Position numbers and translations under genes: made by a program. The notes under the pieces were generated by a model. It was not told where the DNA came from and did no database searches. It saw only the letters and a list, made by a program, of their open reading frames with translations. A stretch of 64,000 bases of DNA, taken from positions 1,056,001-1,120,000 of the forward strand of contig CAXXHO010000005.1 of NCBI GenBank assembly GCA_963667725.2. The letters are read 5' to 3'. Below are positions 30,101 to 39,900 of this stretch, piece after piece. Origin of the DNA: Treponemataceae bacterium (GTDB taxonomy: Bacteria > Spirochaetota > Spirochaetia > Treponematales > Rectinemataceae). The first letter of the stretch is position 1. The number at the start of each line of letters is the position of its first letter.

Positions 30101-32238
30101 GCTGGCGAGACTTGATGTCTTTCTATAGCCTTTGAGAAATCTGAGACAACGTTGTGATTAAGATTTTTTAGCTGCCGCGTCCCCTCTAGAATTCCATACT
30201 GAATCTGATCAAGCGACCATCTTACACGTGATTCGTCGGCATTGGGAATAATTGTCGGTTTTTTATCTTCAGCGTCTGAAAGTTCAAGGCCAAGTTCTTT
30301 TAGATATTTTACAACTTCCAGTAAACCTCGCTCAGCTTCTTCAGTAGAATCAAAAAATAAAAATAAGTCATCAACATAGCGATAATATTCTGTCGCATTG
30401 CGATCTATGTATTTATCAAAATCATTCAAATATAGATTTGCTAAGACCCGAGCATAGGCAGGACCTTGTGGCAAACCTCTTGCTTCATTCTTATCGTAAC
30501 GATAACTTTCGATAACTTTACATATATACTCAAAAATATATTGATCATTGATTGTTGACCGCAATTGCTCTACAAGTATTTCATGCACTACATGGTCGTA
30601 GTATCCTTTAATATCGCAGCAAATATGGAACCCATTCGGATTGCGATGGAGAGCACTTAATATATGACTACGAAAGCTTGGATAAGATTCTCGCCAATCA
30701 TAAAAAATGTTGTTTGTTTGTTTAGCATCAAAATTCCACCTGTACCCATATGATGAATCTTGAAAATCGAGCTCAATAAGTGGTGCGATGACATTGAATA
30801 CTGCCTGAATTGGTACCTGATCATAAACAGTTGAATATGCCATCTTGCGATTTACCATACTGTAATCAGAGTCCAATTTCTTGGGGATTTCGACAGTGAG
30901 ATAGCCTCCGAATGGCATTATAGTTTTTTCTCTTAAGATGGCAGCAAAGATCTCGCAATTAGACGAAAGGTCCTTCTGAAATTGTTCAAAATCAAAGGGA
31001 TCAAAGAAGAGCGAATCCTCATACTCATGGTAAGCCTTTAGCTGGAAGAAGCTCCTTCTAATATTGCTTGTCATCCCGATTTGCTCTGATAAATTCTCAT
31101 ATTCTAGAGGAGTTTCGCTGCGAAGCTTCGTCAACCACACTGAACATGGAGTCGTGGTTCTGAGTAGAGGATCAGTGTTTCTTTTACGTATACCTTCGCG
31201 GCAGTATCCAGGACATATAGTCTGCTCTACGAGTGATGCGCAACTCGTAGGAAGAAGCAGACGAATTCTTTCAATCTCGCTCAAAGTTTTTTTTTCGTTA
31301 TATCCTAGACCATAGGAATCCTGTAATGTCTTGATAATATAGCTCTGTCCTTGATCCGCTGAAAGTAAAGTATTAGTAAAGTGAAATGCTTCGGTATACG
31401 TTAGCTCCAGACTTTTTTTTGCTTTAGCGTGAATTCTTCCAATAGCAGCACAGCGATTAGTGAGAATTTTAATATCACCTTTATAGAGCGAGCGAAGCAA
31501 TTCTCGTTCTGGTGGCTCTATATCTAACCTTTTAGTTTGCTTAAATGTCCCAGGGTTTTCCCTAATTGTTGTGATAATGACTGATGCTTCTAATGGAATT
31601 ACTTTAGCTAACAGATCCAAATTTCGTTCAATGTTATCCTCATAAATAGGATTACTACCAGATAAGGTAAAAAAAACACTGCGAGCTTTATATTTTCTGT
31701 GAATCCCTAACGGGAGCTTTATTAAATTACCTAGTTTTCTTTTGGAGCTAAGCTGCCCTTGTTTTGGGAAAAACTCAATTTCGAATGTTAAATATTTTTT
31801 TAAAACTGAACTGAAAGCAATTGCATTATCGCCTGACACTGCCTCATTTAGAAATATCCAAATGTGGTATCCCCTGCCACCAGTTTCCTCTAGCAATAGA
31901 GCTGCCTGTGGAATCTTAAGGCGCTCAGTCAAGACAATAATTGTATCCTGTAATTTTTTTCCTAGATAGCTAAATTTTTCAGTACGATTTTTAAATTCCA
32001 TTCCGCTAATTTCTGCTTTTGGAATGTCAATATCGACGCAAAACAAATAGCAATAGCTTTCTATATTTAGCAAATAGATGCCATATGTTTCATCGCCAGC
32101 TAAATGCCGACTAAGATAGAATAAGTCTAATGGCCTAGGTACTGGGCGATAGCCAGAGTCATATTGTTGAGCAAAATAGTCCTCACGCCCCCTGAAAAGT
32201 GAAAGATATCGATTAAGATTTTCATTATTGGCTATCAT
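27106..32238 (-). CDS. 1710-aa fusion: AEP primase-polymerase / Cys-rich PriL-like / reverse transcriptase / HEAT-like / kinase-like / C-terminal TM
   Basis: AEP DID (D69,D71), GGRGYH (H125), EFFPKQ, NLIKLPLG; RT SSYGYR, CDIKGYYD (D542), GLPQG (G588), YVDD (621-624). Confidence 0.85.
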   Translation of the reverse strand: MIANNENLNRYLSLFRGREDYFAQQYDSGYRPVPRPLDLFYLSRHLAGDETYGIYLLNIESYCYLFCVDIDIPKAEISGMEFKNRTEKFSYLGKKLQDTIIVLTERLKIPQAALLLEETGGRGYHIWIFLNEAVSGDNAIAFSSVLKKYLTFEIEFFPKQGQLSSKRKLGNLIKLPLGIHRKYKARSVFFTLSGSNPIYEDNIERNLDLLAKVIPLEASVIITTIRENPGTFKQTKRLDIEPPERELLRSLYKGDIKILTNRCAAIGRIHAKAKKSLELTYTEAFHFTNTLLSADQGQSYIIKTLQDSYGLGYNEKKTLSEIERIRLLLPTSCASLVEQTICPGYCREGIRKRNTDPLLRTTTPCSVWLTKLRSETPLEYENLSEQIGMTSNIRRSFFQLKAYHEYEDSLFFDPFDFEQFQKDLSSNCEIFAAILREKTIMPFGGYLTVEIPKKLDSDYSMVNRKMAYSTVYDQVPIQAVFNVIAPLIELDFQDSSYGYRWNFDAKQTNNIFYDWRESYPSFRSHILSALHRNPNGFHICCDIKGYYDHVVHEILVEQLRSTINDQYIFEYICKVIESYRYDKNEARGLPQGPAYARVLANLYLNDFDKYIDRNATEYYRYVDDLFLFFDSTEEAERGLLEVVKYLKELGLELSDAEDKKPTIIPNADESRVRWSLDQIQYGILEGTRQLKNLNHNVVSDFSKAIERHQVSPATIDELLELNCYMPSLLYVVTEKSLISHPLRGKVWAIVNYLIERNWFYPKKLKMVFYRLLELSPNDKELIDLYNLMQPVHKVYFILSLYGAYLSSGNHEKLLEALTTKAVQDEYVFLRGFAIAIGNRLNLNEKLCLSSVTYIKRYVPADEHFLIGKWIGEFSYLSLGYDEKAAIRELVNPKCKSYIKSILLGTLSNSQQTYLDGKYLCNIIENGDEIILPTVCSAIISASNWSDLLDHMLKFIGLYPKLKPSIISILSTKLFDLRSEAGRSQIENLKALYDQIPDQEIKRVLKLGLVRILGDAFPDSEGSSFIKSHKDLDRYNECFLFEYIGQSAEYDCLELIPVSKFKQYIPHDLDSIKIALEDLSEKKVLPTLLFLYDSGSDEINLKYLHTKGLKLFSKSDFQLNSESILYALRIAVQVYKKACYFYRVINKAPLIQADNLLINESGDTIVFRTLGKSLRSPYLIDGVAIGDEEADISRMVGMFLSSLLFCDAHSLKEYLKKDHSGIESFLSLFIKNMSARASSDAYSCARFEYIIEQLIIASKEGKDQFLNLYMKERLKASLYKRYNSYISWYGVLGTVSDQASHLREACNRETIQIFPYRNRLVLSTSPIRQLHWISRQLLNMTMNLKCKSIESILDSNYLDLIIHLMLFSIVSIETLTLSTCLHKKIDLNRIEIPASCELIHVNAAGYERDYRQSEILQAKALYPIETKYEENQDVWAPTLSLIMLRILLFFEVHVENNSMQISDGGIIPKLVFKNLAHACLIRIPRIEDELELHVKSALEALQNNDEIIQTSSGIHLGEEIKILARDFKNIRKYLRIKRNFGVANGQNYFPPDIKCKSFFHRSMIVKKLSLSGFPLTNRFPFSKYHCSWDLHSNTIVSLVIPDEGLNSLLSDLKSGNLFGFKLSYLYSGKMMLLYDGLFATTTFLLLMTCEYAKPALLSSALWSAILNAASKVFVGLVTTSIAKLVLWDIGHWFPGLKLWIKSLRSANDKDN

Positions 32239-32368
32239 AGTCTTTCGCTTATTGTATTTATACAGACGATTACGAGATGCAAGTCGCGAGATAAATTGAC
32301 GAAGTAACTTAAGTATCTAGTATTTATCAAGCAGGTCATAGCAGAGCCTCTTGTCTTCATATTTGTAC

Positions 32369-35137
32369 TTACACCTTAAATACTTTCATAACCTCATCTC
32401 CCAAGTGATTGATAACCTTTACTGCGATTCGACCGGTTTTTGGCTTGTCGAAGGAGCGAGAAATATCACTATGGAGAGTGGACCACGCATCTTCGTCGAT
32501 TTCAGCCTTGAGCGTAGTTTTTAGGGAGCTGTAGGGGTCGTTGGCACCGAGGAAGTAGGCTTGGCGGACGAAGAAGCTTTCTTCATTGTAGTCGGAATCG
32601 ACGAACCAACAGGCTATTCCGTCAGCGCCGTTGGAGACGACTTCGCCTGTCTGGGGCTTGAAGACATCGACACCGTTCACTTTTACTTTGAGCTTGCCAT
32701 CGGGCTCGTCGATGAGGTCGATATCGGGTTCGCCAAAGATGACGAAGAGATTGCCTTTGCCTGTGTTCTTGAGATCGTCGGCCATGTGGAGATCGGCGTT
32801 CATGCGCGCCTTGAGAACGGGGATACGTCCGAGCTTATTGAACTCTGTACTGTGAGCTTCATAATTAAAGGCACAGGCTATGAGCACATCGAAACCCGAG
32901 TCTACCGCCTCCCGGGCGGCGGCGACAAGGTCGGCACGTTGGACGGTACCAAATTCCGGGCCTATAAAAATCGCGGCTCGCTTTTCCGCATTGCCTTCAA
33001 GATAACGCCCTTCCGCGCACACCATCTCGCCAGGCCAAGGATAGAGCGCGGTGAATGTAATCTTGTCTTCTTTATGAGCTTGTTGAACCCCGGCGATTTT
33101 TAGGTTTTCCAGAATCATCTGGGGGAAGGTCTGGGCTACGCCATAATTAAAATTCTTTTCGTTTGAAATATCGATAAGGTCACCATGTTCATCAACGCCA
33201 AGCGTGCGATGCGGACTCAAGGATTCAACGGTGAAAGGTCCGGCCACGCGAACTTTCTTCCTGTCGTCGTAGGGTTTGTCGTAGAGATATTCGAACTCTG
33301 CCTTGGCAGCTATGGATGCGTCGATCTCCTTCTGTCGGGCGATTCGGGCTCGCCACCATTCGGCGTGTATGCTTTTTGTGGATTCTGGCCAGGATGAATC
33401 CGTATCGCGCGGAATTTCCCATTCTTCCCAGCGCAAGGCGAGAGCCACATTTAACTTCTCTCGCAGAGGTTCGAGGATCGCTTGCCACTTATCCCAGATA
33501 ACATCAATCTCTGCATTATTGGCGATCGACTTGAGAGTGATGTGCGGTACACGCTCATAGACGAAACCATGACGGATATTCCCATAGGCGGCTTGCGAAC
33601 GTGGGGCATCGCCGGTGATTTCCGCTTCTTTGAGCTGACCATCACGGGAATCCGCCAGCAGATAGTATGGATATCGCGCGCCCATGATGCGCGCCCTAGC
33701 GAGAGCAAGAGCTACGCGCGAAGTGTCGATAGTGATCCAACGACGGCCCCATTGTTCTGCAACATAAGCTGTAGTACCAGAGCCGCATGTGGGGTCGAGA
33801 ACTAAGTCACCAGGGTCAGAGGCCATAAGAAGGCAGCGTTGAATGACTTTAGGTACAGTTTGAACAACATAGATTCGATCACTTCCTCCACCAGTCGCGA
33901 CATCTGTCCAAGTGTTGTTAAGTTCAAGATATGGATAGTCAGATAAACGTCGAAGATAAGAAATCGAAGCCCCACCAGGAACGAGACGGCTTGCTTTCCC
34001 TAGCCTATATATCCCTTCTGGGCTTGTGCTCCAATAACGACTTCCAGGACCATACTTTTTACCTTGGATAGAAACAACTTCTTTACCGCGTGAATACTCA
34101 TGCGAAGAAGTTAAAATTACTGATCTAGCTAAATCCGCATCAGCTATCACATTTTTCATTTCTCCCGATTCATCATACGAACCATCAAGATGGTAAATGA
34201 ATGGGTACTGCCCTAGCAATTTTTCATCAATTGCTCGATCGATAAAGAGTCGGCGAAACTTGACCTTTTCAATATCCTTCGCATACCAAACCACATAATC
34301 TGCGACATTTTGAATATATTGGCTGCTTCGAGCAGCTGTTTTTTGTAGAGATAATATGCTTATATAGCTTGTCTCTCCGAAAACCTCATCCATCAGCGCC
34401 CTTACACGGTGAACATTTTCATCCCCGATCTGCATGAAAATCGATCCCGAATCCGTAAGTAGGTCCCGTGCGACAGTGAGCCGATCACGCAGGTAGGTGA
34501 GGTAGGAGTGGATGCCATCGCGCCATGTGTCGCGGAAAGCTTTTACTTGCTCGGGCTCACGGGTAATGTGATCGGCATTCCCATCTTTCACGTCGCGGCT
34601 GGTAGTGGACCATTGGAAATTGGAGTTGAATTTGATGCCGTAGGGAGGGTCCATATAGATGCATTGGACTTGTCCGCGCAATCCCTCGCGCTCGGCGAGC
34701 GATGCCATCACCTGGAGGGAGTCGCCCAGGATCATGCGATTGGTCCAATTCTGGTCGTGTTGATAGAATTCCGTTTTGTCCGTGTCTTGTGGAATTCCAT
34801 TGAAGTCCGAGAAGAGGTCGAATTCGCCTTGTGGATCTGACGTTGTGCGGCCTTCTTTGGTTCTTCGTATCAGATCGTCGATAAGCACCTTGGGGTGCAC
34901 TTTCTCCTGGATATACAGGGGTGGGGCCGGTACGACGAGATCGCTCCAGTCCTGTTCGTCCTTTCCGCGCCAGACGAGTTGGGGATCCAGATCGGTATTG
35001 CGAGGATACTTGAGAATTTTCGGCGTCGCCTCTTCCTTCTGGATCATGGCCTGATACTCGGCGGTGGGGATATTCTTTCGTTTATCTTCATCGTGACGAA
35101 TTATTTCTATGGACTTTTCCTTGTTAGCTTTGGCCAC
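32369..35137 (-). CDS. mod: Type III R-M DNA methyltransferase (Mod, beta class)
   Basis: NRMILGDSL, CIYMDPPYG and VLDPTCGSGTT motifs; central variable TRD. Confidence 0.9.
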   Translation of the reverse strand: MAKANKEKSIEIIRHDEDKRKNIPTAEYQAMIQKEEATPKILKYPRNTDLDPQLVWRGKDEQDWSDLVVPAPPLYIQEKVHPKVLIDDLIRRTKEGRTTSDPQGEFDLFSDFNGIPQDTDKTEFYQHDQNWTNRMILGDSLQVMASLAEREGLRGQVQCIYMDPPYGIKFNSNFQWSTTSRDVKDGNADHITREPEQVKAFRDTWRDGIHSYLTYLRDRLTVARDLLTDSGSIFMQIGDENVHRVRALMDEVFGETSYISILSLQKTAARSSQYIQNVADYVVWYAKDIEKVKFRRLFIDRAIDEKLLGQYPFIYHLDGSYDESGEMKNVIADADLARSVILTSSHEYSRGKEVVSIQGKKYGPGSRYWSTSPEGIYRLGKASRLVPGGASISYLRRLSDYPYLELNNTWTDVATGGGSDRIYVVQTVPKVIQRCLLMASDPGDLVLDPTCGSGTTAYVAEQWGRRWITIDTSRVALALARARIMGARYPYYLLADSRDGQLKEAEITGDAPRSQAAYGNIRHGFVYERVPHITLKSIANNAEIDVIWDKWQAILEPLREKLNVALALRWEEWEIPRDTDSSWPESTKSIHAEWWRARIARQKEIDASIAAKAEFEYLYDKPYDDRKKVRVAGPFTVESLSPHRTLGVDEHGDLIDISNEKNFNYGVAQTFPQMILENLKIAGVQQAHKEDKITFTALYPWPGEMVCAEGRYLEGNAEKRAAIFIGPEFGTVQRADLVAAAREAVDSGFDVLIACAFNYEAHSTEFNKLGRIPVLKARMNADLHMADDLKNTGKGNLFVIFGEPDIDLIDEPDGKLKVKVNGVDVFKPQTGEVVSNGADGIACWFVDSDYNEESFFVRQAYFLGANDPYSSLKTTLKAEIDEDAWSTLHSDISRSFDKPKTGRIAVKVINHLGDEVMKVFKV

Positions 35138-35242
35138 TATAGGCTCCTCGAAGTATCAATTGCGACAAAATATTGCGTCAAACTTGCGCAAGTTGTAATA
35201 CCTAATAGTAAATAAAGCTTTTTTATATAATGACATAAAAAT

Positions 35243-35283
35243 GAATAATTGCGTAGAATTGCGAATAATTGCGTAGAATTGCG
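35243..35283. repeat. 20-bp tandem duplication / 10-bp periodic AATTGCG array upstream of mod
   Basis: GAATAATTGCGTAGAATTGC x2; AATTGCG at 35247, 35257, 35267 and 35277. Confidence 0.85.
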
Positions 35284-35291
35284 TAAAACAA

Positions 35292-36923
35292 TCATTTGAT
35301 ACCTTTATTATTTATGTGCCATCTGGCGGCATTGGTTATACCGCGAACAAAGATGCGGCCTTCTGCCTCTAATTCCAATAAAAGCGAACGCACATGATGA
35401 CGATCAAACGCTGGCAGTACTTGCAGCAACTCAATCATCTTAGCGCCACCAGGCTCGCTTGATTGTATATGCTTGATGAGGAGGGCTTTATTGGTCTCCT
35501 TATCAAGTCCCTTTTTGCGCGTATGGATGCCTTGTTGCCCTACTGCGGCGTAAAGCTTCCTGGAGAGTATCCATGGCCGACCTTTCAATACAGGCGACCT
35601 TTCTAGTAGTCCTAATTCAAACAGCTTTTCTGTTGAGGTTGAATATCTAGCTGGGATTGGCCGACCTGAAAATGCGTGTTGGATAACGATGAAATCAGCA
35701 GTTGAGAAGCTTACTAAATGATCATTGCCAATTTTTTCCAATACTCTTAAAAAGTTAGGCTCTTGAATGGTCCCGTTCAAGGTGATCCAAAAATGGTCTT
35801 GATCGGTGTGAGTGAAATCCGGTTCGCCTTTGCTTTCCCGTATGCACGACTCGTATATGCGATTCATACCTTGGCCTGACCGCTCAACAAGGCCGCAACG
35901 AGCAAAAGAATCTGCTAGTCGCCTATTCCGAGGTAGTTGTTCCCATAAGATGTTTTCCAGAGTGATACCAGGCATGAGCCCGCCTGGATTCACGATTTCT
36001 ATCCGCTCCGGATATTGCCGCACGAAGACTGACGCTCCCGAGCGATAGTCGCGATGGCTCACGGCATTGAGAATCGCTTCCCTGACTGCTCTCTCGTTGA
36101 AGGTCTTGATGTCCCAGATGAAAAGGCCGTCCTGATAGTGTTGGTTCGTGTTGCGCAAATCTATGGATTCCCATAGCTTGTCGTAGTAGGAGAAGAATCC
36201 CTGGCGGAATTCGATTCGCTGCTGAGCTGGACCGGATGCGTCGTTGTGGCGGTATTCAAAAATCACTTCCGCCTGGCTCAAGTGCTGCCCCAACGCTTCA
36301 TGAGTGCCGAAGAGAATCAAAGCCGCGTAGGTGACTTTCCCCTTTATAATGAGTTCGGCATCTGAAAGAAGCTGTTTGGTTGGAACATGTTCTCTTGATT
36401 TGTCGCCGGATTTTTGCGCCCATTGCATCCTGAAATTCTCGATCGCTTTGGCGTCGAGGTCTTCAAGCGATGCTTTGGCGCAGATTTCCGCCGTATAATC
36501 CGGGCCGGCTTCGTCGAATATGCGTTTGAGCATGTCTGCGGACATCGCGGTGAGCGCCGCTCCCGAGCGCATGAGGTAGCGGCCGTTCACATGCAAGGGC
36601 ATTCCTATAGGCCTGGATGGAACATGGAACACGAGTACACGACCCTCGGGGCATAGCACTTCTTCCACATCGATACGCAAGCCAACCTTGGCGATAAGCC
36701 GTTCCTTGATCTTTGCCAGGTCGGCTTCATAGGCGTGGGTGCCGACGATTCGCCGAGGTTTCCTGTCAGTGACGCCGAGTACGATCATGCCGCCACGCTC
36801 GTTCGCGAGAGCCACTGAATACTCGACGAGCATGTCGAAATCGAATGAGGATTCGGCCTTTTTGAACTCGATATGCTCGTCTTCATTTTTCAAGACGAGG
36901 GCAGCGACATCCTTAGCTTCCAA
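35292..36923 (-). CDS. AlbA_2 (Schlafen-like) + HATPase/RecG-C-like + winged-helix protein
   Basis: EDEHIEFKKA, ALANERGGMIVLGV, REAILNAVSHRDY, NPGG and VERSGQGM motifs; TTG start 2 bp after the res stop. Confidence 0.85.
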   Translation of the reverse strand: MEAKDVAALVLKNEDEHIEFKKAESSFDFDMLVEYSVALANERGGMIVLGVTDRKPRRIVGTHAYEADLAKIKERLIAKVGLRIDVEEVLCPEGRVLVFHVPSRPIGMPLHVNGRYLMRSGAALTAMSADMLKRIFDEAGPDYTAEICAKASLEDLDAKAIENFRMQWAQKSGDKSREHVPTKQLLSDAELIIKGKVTYAALILFGTHEALGQHLSQAEVIFEYRHNDASGPAQQRIEFRQGFFSYYDKLWESIDLRNTNQHYQDGLFIWDIKTFNERAVREAILNAVSHRDYRSGASVFVRQYPERIEIVNPGGLMPGITLENILWEQLPRNRRLADSFARCGLVERSGQGMNRIYESCIRESKGEPDFTHTDQDHFWITLNGTIQEPNFLRVLEKIGNDHLVSFSTADFIVIQHAFSGRPIPARYSTSTEKLFELGLLERSPVLKGRPWILSRKLYAAVGQQGIHTRKKGLDKETNKALLIKHIQSSEPGGAKMIELLQVLPAFDRHHVRSLLLELEAEGRIFVRGITNAARWHINNKGIK

Positions 36924-36925
36924 GA

Positions 36926-39900
36926 CTAAGTCCTTTTCCTTATTCCTATAGACGTTTCGATCATTTTCCCAAACTCATCCTCAACCCTGGCTTTGAAGTC
37001 CGATTCGATCTGGTACACCTCGGTGAACTCGGCGAAGGCCCAGCGGCCATAACCGCCCAGGTTGTTTACGCCGGGAATCCAATAGGTATCCATCGTCGCT
37101 TTTTTCTCCTTGGCGTCCTCGCGGCGGTAGCCTTTTATTTCCACGATAAGGTGGAGAGGATTTTCAAGACCATGTCCATCATCCACAAGCACGATGAAAT
37201 CCGGAAGGTAGTGGCGAGTTTCCGATCCGTAGCGGTAGGGCACTTCAAATCCCATGTTGTGGTTCTTTACATAGGCCAGGACTTTCGGATGAGATTCAGC
37301 TACTCTGCAGAATTCCCCTTCCCACTCCGAATCGAGGACTACCCAGTTGATATGGCAGTGCTTGGAACTGGTTTCCCATAGATTGCTCCTCGATGTATTG
37401 AATCGCACATATCGAGTAGAGCCCGAAGGATTGTAAGGATCGAGCAGGGCTTTAACGGGCCGCTCATTGAGGAATTTCTGCGTTATCGCTGTTGTGATCT
37501 TGTTGCAGGCCATGTCGGCGAGCTCGAGATACATGAGTTGGGCGGGATAGGTCCCGCCAACGCATTCCAAGTAGCCGTCTAACCATTCCTTGACAATTCG
37601 CTTGAGCTGGCCAAAGAGAAACAACCTTGGTTCTTCGCCGGGATCCCTGAATTTCGTGTAGAGGAGACGATGCGTCAAGTTGAAAACAAGCGTGGAAGGA
37701 CGCATGTCGCCCAAGTGCTCCAGGTTCATATCGACGCCTTCGCCGATTATCCCAGAGTCGCGCGTGATGGAAGGCCCGACAAGGTCCGGGCTCAATCTGA
37801 GTATGGAATCTTCGTTAAATGTTGCCGAAAGACGTTCCGCGGGCAATTCCACACGGTAACCTTCGACTCGGGGAAAGCGGATTTCGAGTGCATCACGATC
37901 AGGACATATGGCCTTAACCTGAATTGTTTGACGCGGGGGCTGGGGTGGAGCGATAACGGGCTTGGCCGTGAAGTCGAAGGGAATGCCGAAAACATCGGCA
38001 TATTCGACGTTGAAAAGTTCTTCATCGTTAAGCTCGTACGATTGGCGCCTGAGCGCGCGGCCAATCACTTGCTCGCAGAGGAGCTGGGTGCCGAAAGCCC
38101 GGATGCCGAGGACATGGGTCACCGTGTTGGCGTCCCAGCCTTCGGTGAGCATTGAAACCGAGACCACACAGCGAATATTACCGCCCAGTTGGCCTGGCTT
38201 TCCTACCGTGTTCATGACTTCGCGCAGGAGTTCCTGATCGGTAAGATTGTCGGCGGCCCGGATGTCGCCCGTGCGCTCGATGATTTCGCGGCGGAACCGA
38301 TCGATCTCGTCTTTGGCCATTTTCCGGAAATCTTCGTCCAGGACATCGCCCGCTTCGAGCTGTTCGCTATCTATAAGAATAGTGTTTGGACGGGGCAGGG
38401 GATTGCCGGTCGTCTCATCGAAATTCCTGAAAAGCGAGAGGCGGCCATTCTCCAGGGTGCTGGTGCCATCATCATTGGATCTCTGGAAACCCGAAATGTA
38501 ATCAAACACCAGTTTCGAGATAGAGGTGTTTTGGCAGACAAAAATGAAGCAGGGAGGTACGTCGATTCCCTTCTCTTCCCAGAGTTTGAATGTTTTTTCG
38601 TAGTGTCCATAGAGGGCCTGAATGGCGGTCTGAAGCCGCGTTGGAAGCTTTAGGGGATCGAGATCGCCGCTATGACCGCGCCCTTTTTTAGGCATGTCTT
38701 GTCGAATATTGTCCCAGAGTTTGCGGAACATAGGCATTTCGTCGCCCGGGATATTTTCGGCTATGGGCACGCGCGGCAGTTTGACGATTCCGCACTCGAT
38801 CGCGTCCATGAGAGAGAAATCGCTCATAGTCCATGGAAATAGAGTCCCTTCCGCGTAACCTGAGCCTTGGAGGAAGAAGGGCGTGGCGGAAAGATCGAAG
38901 ACCTTGTTGATGCCCAGTTTCTTGCCTACTACCTCGAGACCGGAGATCCAGAGACGTGCGGCTTCGTTGTTCTTTTCCGCTTCTTTTCTCTCGTCACCTT
39001 TTAGCTTTTCATCATTTCCATTTCTAGGATTTTCTCGATAACAGTGGTGGGCTTCGTCGTTGATGACAAGGATGTTCCCCAATCCCATAAGGTCGGGCAT
39101 GACCCGCTGGAGCATCTGGCCTTCGGTTTCGAGGGTATTCAAATCCTCTCCGAGGCGTCCCTTGAGAAGGGCGCGCCCGCCAGCCGAGAGCTCCACTCGC
39201 TCCCTTCGCTTGAAGGCATGGTAGTTGGTGATGACGATTTTGGCGCGCTTTATATCATCGAGCATATCATTGGGGATGAGTTCACGACTTGCGTAATAGC
39301 TGTCGGGATCGTTGGGCTTAAGGAGGCGCAAGCGATCTTTAATGGTAAGTCCTGGTGTGCATACGAGGAAGCCACGTGTAAAATTCTTGCTTCCTGGCCT
39401 TCGAACCGCATTCACTGTCTGCCAGGCGATGATCATGGCCATTACCGCGGTTTTTCCCGAACCTGTGGCCATCTTGAGGGCGATCCGCAATAGCCCGGGG
39501 TTGGCATCGGCGCTCGCCCTTGAAAGCAGGTCCAGGATCTGCTTTCCCTGTTTGTTTTGCAGGGCGACTTCCGTGAGCCAAATCGCGGTTTCTACCGCTT
39601 CAATTTGGCAGAAAAAGGGACGAATACCTACAAAACGATGACTGCGCCAATGTTTGAGAAGGCGGGCGGTCTCGGGGGTGACTTGCCAGTGGGTTTCAGG
39701 CAAGGCGCGCCACTCGGCGACATATCCGCGCACTTCATTGATAACTGACGTTGGGTCGTACTGCTGCTCTTTAGTAGAAAGACCTCTTCCCTCATCGAAG
39801 ATGATTTCCTGTTGCGCTGCCGCGTCCTTGTGTTTCTTGGGCTTGGGGATCGGCGTGAAGAAGTCCGCGCGTCGGCGCTTCTCAAGGACGCGTTGAGTCG

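Noticed and set aside
30199..32368. RT as a retron, group II intron or DGR
   Set aside because: No retron NAxxH/VTG motifs or evident msr-msd inverted repeats in the 130-bp upstream gap. No maturase domain or intron RNA room, and no TR/VR repeat pair seen
35243..35283. Mini CRISPR array associated with the CAPP-like primase
   Set aside because: Repeats are directly tandem with no spacers; no cas genes in the window
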